Of a stretch of 48,402 nt of DNA, positions 44,980 through 48,402 are shown piece after piece. The DNA is taken from positions 1 through 48,402 of IMG/VR virus record IMGVR_UViG_3300045988_077050; one strand, given 5' to 3'. How positions within the stretch are numbered: position 1 is the stretch's first letter; every line of letters starts with the position of its first letter. This DNA is from a virus. Under the pieces are notes generated by a model, which did no database searches, had not been told where the DNA came from, and saw nothing but the letters and a program-made list of their open reading frames with translations. The translations under genes were made by a program, and so were the position numbers.

Positions 44980-45101
44980 TTGATAAATTGATTAAAAGGT
45001 TTATTGTTTGGTATCTAAAAAATAACAATGTTATGTTCTATCATGGAATTTTTGTTGTAAGAATGTTCACACAAGAATATTATGAAAAAAGATTTGAATA
45101 G
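44976..45101 (+). CDS. small hypothetical protein (41 aa)
   Basis: ATGA overlap with the upstream stop. Confidence 0.25.
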   Translation: MIDKLIKRFIVWYLKNNNVMFYHGIFVVRMFTQEYYEKRFE

Positions 45102-45112
45102 TTTACATTTAA

Positions 45113-45134
45113 GGGGTTGACTTTGTGTCAGCCC
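45113..45134 (+). repeat. 22-bp element ggggttgactttgtgtcagccc, copy 2
   Basis: Identical to 39742..39763. Confidence 0.9.
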
Positions 45135-45145
45135 TATGTTAATAT
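45117..45145 (+). promoter_or_regulatory. sigma-A type promoter with extended -10
   Basis: TTGACT 45117-22, 17-nt spacer, TGtTAATAT ending at 45145. Confidence 0.6.
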
Positions 45146-45190
45146 ATAAGCATAGAAACAAGAGAACAATCGTTGAAGGAGAAAAATAAA

Positions 45191-45400
45191 ATGAAACAGT
45201 TCAAAATAAAAAATACAAAAAGTGGAAATTGTGCTTGTCGTTATTGTGGAAAATATCAAGAAGGTGATAAATTACAACCTTTCACAGTATGGTGGAAAGA
45301 AGAAAATGAAAAAAGAGGGCATCAAGAGCCAATGTGCAGTATCGAGTGTTGTAATGATTATATAAGAGAACAGGAAACGGGATGTGTAATACATGTTTGA
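45191..45400 (+). CDS. hypothetical zinc-binding protein
   Basis: CACRYC ... CSIECC. Confidence 0.5.
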   Translation: MKQFKIKNTKSGNCACRYCGKYQEGDKLQPFTVWWKEENEKRGHQEPMCSIECCNDYIREQETGCVIHV

Positions 45401-45474
45401 AGCTGTTTCGAGTACAGGATTAGTTAGGTTTATAGGAACAAGAAAAGTTAAGCAAATAATAAGGAGTACATAAA

Positions 45475-45705
45475 ATGAAAAACAGAGTATCTGGATATGT
45501 TAGAATAAAAAGATGGTGGCTACAGAAAAATAATATGTATGCAAGTTGTCCATGCCAAATAAGAGAAGGAAGATACACAGAGTATAGTTGGTTACATATT
45601 ACATTTGAAACAGAAAGAGCATACCATTTTAATGAAATGCAAAGATATATTCCGCAAATTCCATTTGTACCAAAAAGTGCTGTGTTAGAGTTTAAGTATG
45701 AGTAA
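45475..45705 (+). CDS. hypothetical protein
   Basis: AAGGAG RBS. Confidence 0.5.
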   Translation: MKNRVSGYVRIKRWWLQKNNMYASCPCQIREGRYTEYSWLHITFETERAYHFNEMQRYIPQIPFVPKSAVLEFKYE

Positions 45706-46102
45706 ATATTGTAAACCAATGGGATTGCATGTAACATATTTAGATTGTATGGATTGCGAAGATAAAGAGTGTATACAATCCCATAGAAAGGAAGAAGAAA
45801 TGGAAAAAAGATATCTGGATGTAGAACCAGAACAGATTGTATATATTGTTTTGGAATCTAAAAGGGAAGGAAAACAAAACAATATAATTGCAGAATGTAG
45901 ATGTGAAAAAGCGGTAGTGTATAGAATGACCACAGTATATTGTTTTAAAGTATTAAAAATTGTGACAAAAACAAAAACAACCATAAAAGCAGAACTATTA
46001 ATGTGCGAAAATGCAAACATCAATACAGGACACAGAAAAACACCAAACAGGTATCCGGTGTTTACAACAAAAGAAAAATGTTTGGAGTGGATTAAAGGTT
46101 GA
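45698..46102 (+). CDS. hypothetical Cys-rich protein
   Basis: ORF overlaps its neighbour. Confidence 0.5.
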   Translation: MSKYCKPMGLHVTYLDCMDCEDKECIQSHRKEEEMEKRYLDVEPEQIVYIVLESKREGKQNNIIAECRCEKAVVYRMTTVYCFKVLKIVTKTKTTIKAELLMCENANINTGHRKTPNRYPVFTTKEKCLEWIKG

Positions 46103-46103
46103 A

Positions 46104-46889
46104 ATGAAAAAAGAAGAAAATAAAAATTATAAACAAAGATTTATGAATGGATTTAAGATATTAACGCATACAAAGTCACCATATAAAGTTTGGTCTGAAT
46201 TAATGTTGTTATATGCGATTGAAATTGCGAACACAACATTAAGACCATTAAAAGAAAGTAAACCTTTTAAAAGTGTGTGGGAAGAGCGTGAAAAACAATA
46301 TATCGAAACAATAAAAACATACACAAAGAAAGAACAAAAAATAATCTCACAAATGTTCACACTATTAGTGTTAGAATTAGAAGAAAATCCGAACCAAGAT
46401 TTGTTAGGAGAATTGTATATGAAGTTGGGAATCTCAAACAATCGTGCAGGACAGTTCTTCACACCGTACAGTGTATGTGAGTTAATGTCTGGGGTAACAA
46501 TCAACAAGAAACAGTTGGCAAAAGATGTACATAACAAAGGGTATGTGATTATCAATGATTGTGCTTGTGGCGCAGGTGCGACATTAATATCGGCAACAGA
46601 ATATTGCAAGTCCATGTTCAAGAAATTAAATTACCAAGACCATGTAGGGGTAGTTGCACAGGACATTGATATTACTTGTGTACATATGTGTTATATCCAG
46701 TTGTCTTTACATGGGTTGTCTGGATATGTTATACACGGGAATACATTGACAGAACCAGAAGTAACAGATTTGCACAGAATCTGGTTTACACCAATCTATT
46801 TTAGTGATGTGTGGACAATGCGAAGGTTGTTCCATGGACAAGACATTTTAGGCAGAGAAAGGAAACAAAAGGAAAATGAAAAAGCATAA
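46104..46889 (+). CDS. truncated HsdM-like (N6_Mtase-like) SAM-binding protein lacking a canonical catalytic motif
   Basis: GQFFTPYSVCELM (motif X) and VIINDCACGAGATL (motif I) resemble gamma-class N6-adenine methylases. TPIY stands where NPPF/Y is expected, and the protein ends about 30 aa later. Confidence 0.55.
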   Translation: MKKEENKNYKQRFMNGFKILTHTKSPYKVWSELMLLYAIEIANTTLRPLKESKPFKSVWEEREKQYIETIKTYTKKEQKIISQMFTLLVLELEENPNQDLLGELYMKLGISNNRAGQFFTPYSVCELMSGVTINKKQLAKDVHNKGYVIINDCACGAGATLISATEYCKSMFKKLNYQDHVGVVAQDIDITCVHMCYIQLSLHGLSGYVIHGNTLTEPEVTDLHRIWFTPIYFSDVWTMRRLFHGQDILGRERKQKENEKA

Positions 46890-47520
46890 TTATGTGATAG
46901 GAATTGACCAATCTTATACAAGGACTGGAATCACAGTATTAAAGAACAAAGAAATTGTAGAAATGTACAGTATGGATTTTAAGGGATGTACAGATAATAC
47001 CAGTAAAAGGCAACGTTTGGGTAGTTTTCTTTGTGAATTACTTGTTGACTTAGATTCCGTGGAAAATGAAATCATGGTAATCACAGAGCGTATTCGTTTA
47101 AGGTCACAAGGCTTTCTGTCTGAGAATTACATCAAGGCAACAGGGGCGTTGATTGCAACTATTATAGATGTTTGTACTTCCTTTGGGATTAAAGTATATA
47201 GTGTAGATACAAGGGCTTGGAAATCTGCTATTGTAGGTACGAGCAAACCTTTAGATAATCCATATGGAATCAATGCAGAGAAGTACCGTACAATCTTGTA
47301 TATGCGTGATAGGGGGCTTTTAAAGCATATAGCTGAGGAATATAAGGGCAGAGGAAAGAAAGGCGTTATAAACGTCAAAATGGACGTTATAGAGCATGGC
47401 AAAAAGGTAAGAAAGAAAGTCCCATGTAAAATCAATGATGATTTGGCAGATTCTTACTGCATTGCCTTATATGGGTATCTTCCTAAAACAAAACAAAAGT
47501 TAAAAAAAGAACGATTCTAG
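46876..47520 (+). CDS. ruvC: RuvC-like Holliday junction resolvase
   Basis: VIGIDQSYTRTGITVL, VITERIRL and DDLADSYCIALYGY match the RuvC catalytic acidic residues. Confidence 0.7.
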   Translation: MKKHNYVIGIDQSYTRTGITVLKNKEIVEMYSMDFKGCTDNTSKRQRLGSFLCELLVDLDSVENEIMVITERIRLRSQGFLSENYIKATGALIATIIDVCTSFGIKVYSVDTRAWKSAIVGTSKPLDNPYGINAEKYRTILYMRDRGLLKHIAEEYKGRGKKGVINVKMDVIEHGKKVRKKVPCKINDDLADSYCIALYGYLPKTKQKLKKERF

Positions 47521-47571
47521 GGTGTGAACAATCATGCCCTAATTTTATTGCAACAAATTAAAACAAAACGC

Positions 47572-47600
47572 TTTACATTATTCTGAATGTGTGTTACTAT
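47572..47600 (+). promoter_or_regulatory. promoter (TTTACA -35, extended -10)
   Basis: TTTACA 47572-77, 17-nt spacer, TGtTACTAT ending at 47600. Confidence 0.5.
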
Positions 47601-47692
47601 ATAATCAAGAAATGAAATAAAATTTTTGATTATAAGTTGCATTATGAACATATTTAGAAATTATTAGACAGCAAATAAGCTGTCTTTTTTAT
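47601..47692 (+). ncRNA. candidate small RNA (promoter to terminator, no ORF)
   Basis: 8-bp stem 47601-08 / 47626-33, then the terminator hairpin agacagc / gctgtct (47666-85) with a T-run. The only ORF inside is a 2-codon mini-ORF. Confidence 0.35.
47666..47692 (+). terminator. rho-independent terminator
   Basis: agacagc / gctgtct, then TTTTTT. Confidence 0.8.
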
Positions 47693-47705
47693 TACAACAA
47701 AACAC

Positions 47706-47734
47706 TTGACAACATAACAAAACAATGTTATAGT
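47706..47734 (+). promoter_or_regulatory. sigma-A type promoter with extended -10
   Basis: TTGACA 47706-11, 17-nt spacer, TGtTATAGT ending at 47734. Confidence 0.6.
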
Positions 47735-47829
47735 TATACCATAGAAGAGTTAAGCAGAGATGGTTAGCAAACATTCAAGATGCAACAATAACAGATTGAA
47801 ACAAAAACAAAGAAATTTAACAGAATTTG

Positions 47830-47858
47830 TTTACATTTGTTTTGTTTTGTGTTAATAT
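47830..47858 (+). promoter_or_regulatory. promoter (TTTACA -35, extended -10) upstream of the wrap-around gene
   Basis: TTTACA 47830-35, 17-nt spacer, TGtTAATAT ending at 47858. Confidence 0.5.
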
Positions 47859-47903
47859 AGTATCAGAACAAAGGAAGAAATAGAAAAACAGGAGATATGA
47901 ACA

Positions 47904-48402
47904 ATGAAAAAGAAACAACAAGGAAATGTTTATGTTACAGAGTTTGAAACCATCACAGAATTATCACATTTTATCGAAACAAATGAACCGTATGAAAACT
48001 TTTTAAACAAGAAAACTGGTTGTGACAGTATAAGCGGTGATTATACATTCACTCAAACAAACAATTTTGAAGAAGCAAAAGATTTGTTATTGCATGGGTG
48101 GGAACATGGCACAAAGGAAATCAAAAGACAAATAGATGTGAAACAAACTGGAATTTCCACAAAACAAAAGAACGTTTATGATGTGGTAGGATATCAATGT
48201 TCTGTTCCAAGATATTTACAGGGAATCCCAACAAACATGATAAATAACAAACCTGTTCCACAGAAAAACAAAGTCATAACCATTAACAAAATGGCTTGTT
48301 ATAGTTATAATGTTGATAGGAAAACAATCATAAAAGAAAGTGTGAAAGTGTTACAACTTGTGAATCGGTTAGAAAAGCAGGGATATCGTGTAAATCTCAA
48401 TG
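47904..48402 (+). CDS. 5' part of the wrap-around gene (continues through 1..357; 266 aa once the overlap is collapsed). Hypothetical; possibly a MIDAS-less vWA/CobT-like partner of the downstream AAA+ ATPase
   Basis: ATG 47904 follows GGAG at 47891-94. The frame runs off the contig end and is continuous with ORF 1..357 through the overlap. Confidence 0.7.
   Translation, partial: MKKKQQGNVYVTEFETITELSHFIETNEPYENFLNKKTGCDSISGDYTFTQTNNFEEAKDLLLHGWEHGTKEIKRQIDVKQTGISTKQKNVYDVVGYQCSVPRYLQGIPTNMINNKPVPQKNKVITINKMACYSYNVDRKTIIKESVKVLQLVNRLEKQGYRVNLN
48348..48402. repeat. Second copy of the 55-bp terminal overlap
   Basis: Identical to 1..55. Confidence 0.95.

Noticed and set aside
1-48402. Searched for a CRISPR array, integrase, CI/Cro-type switch, reverse transcriptase/DGR, toxin-antitoxin pairs and transposases
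   Set aside because: I saw no spaced direct-repeat array, no tyrosine or serine recombinase motifs, no RT (YxDD) motif and no IS-like inverted-repeat-bounded unit. The only mobile element supported is the intron and HNH unit in terL.

Overview
The window is a complete, circularly closed genome of a tailed dsDNA phage. The first 55 bases are identical to the last 55, so the unique length is 48,347 bp and one gene wraps the junction. It is low-GC, purine-rich and C-poor on the + strand. Every credible gene is on the + strand; the minus-strand ORFs in the track look spurious. Expression signals are Gram-positive in style: strong GGAGG ribosome sites, about 17 near-consensus TTGACA-N17-TATAAT promoters (often with an extended TGn -10), and rho-independent terminators. 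With the cell-wall-binding-repeat remnant and the BhlA/UviB-like and LL-H-type holins, this suggests a Firmicute (Clostridia-like) host. Modules in order: (1) an early region (47904..6800) with an AAA+ ATPase, a PD-(D/E)XK resolvase-like nuclease and RNase HI; (2) a terS-like gene (7114), then an accessory island with a lipoprotein, MazG, a ParB-like protein, a DpdA-like DNA transglycosylase, a YhhQ-type preQ0/preQ1 transporter behind a candidate preQ1-I riboswitch, and tRNA-Gln(UUG); (3) terL (13016), which appears interrupted by a group I intron carrying an HNH homing endonuclease; (4) a lysis cassette unusually placed between terL and portal; (5) a siphovirus-type morphogenesis module (17320..32843); (6) a terminator-bounded six-gene cassette (33000..35984) of low-complexity, Cys-rich, membrane-anchored and ferritin-like proteins that I cannot assign to any known system; (7) a replication and recombination module (36409..47520) with DnaG-like primase, gp32-like SSB, DnaE-type polymerase, RecA, Cas4-like nuclease, a truncated HsdM-like protein and RuvC. 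I found no integrase, repressor, CRISPR array or replicative helicase. Genome-wide, the tetranucleotide GATC is almost absent. All homology calls come from motifs read by eye and need HMM or structure searches to confirm.
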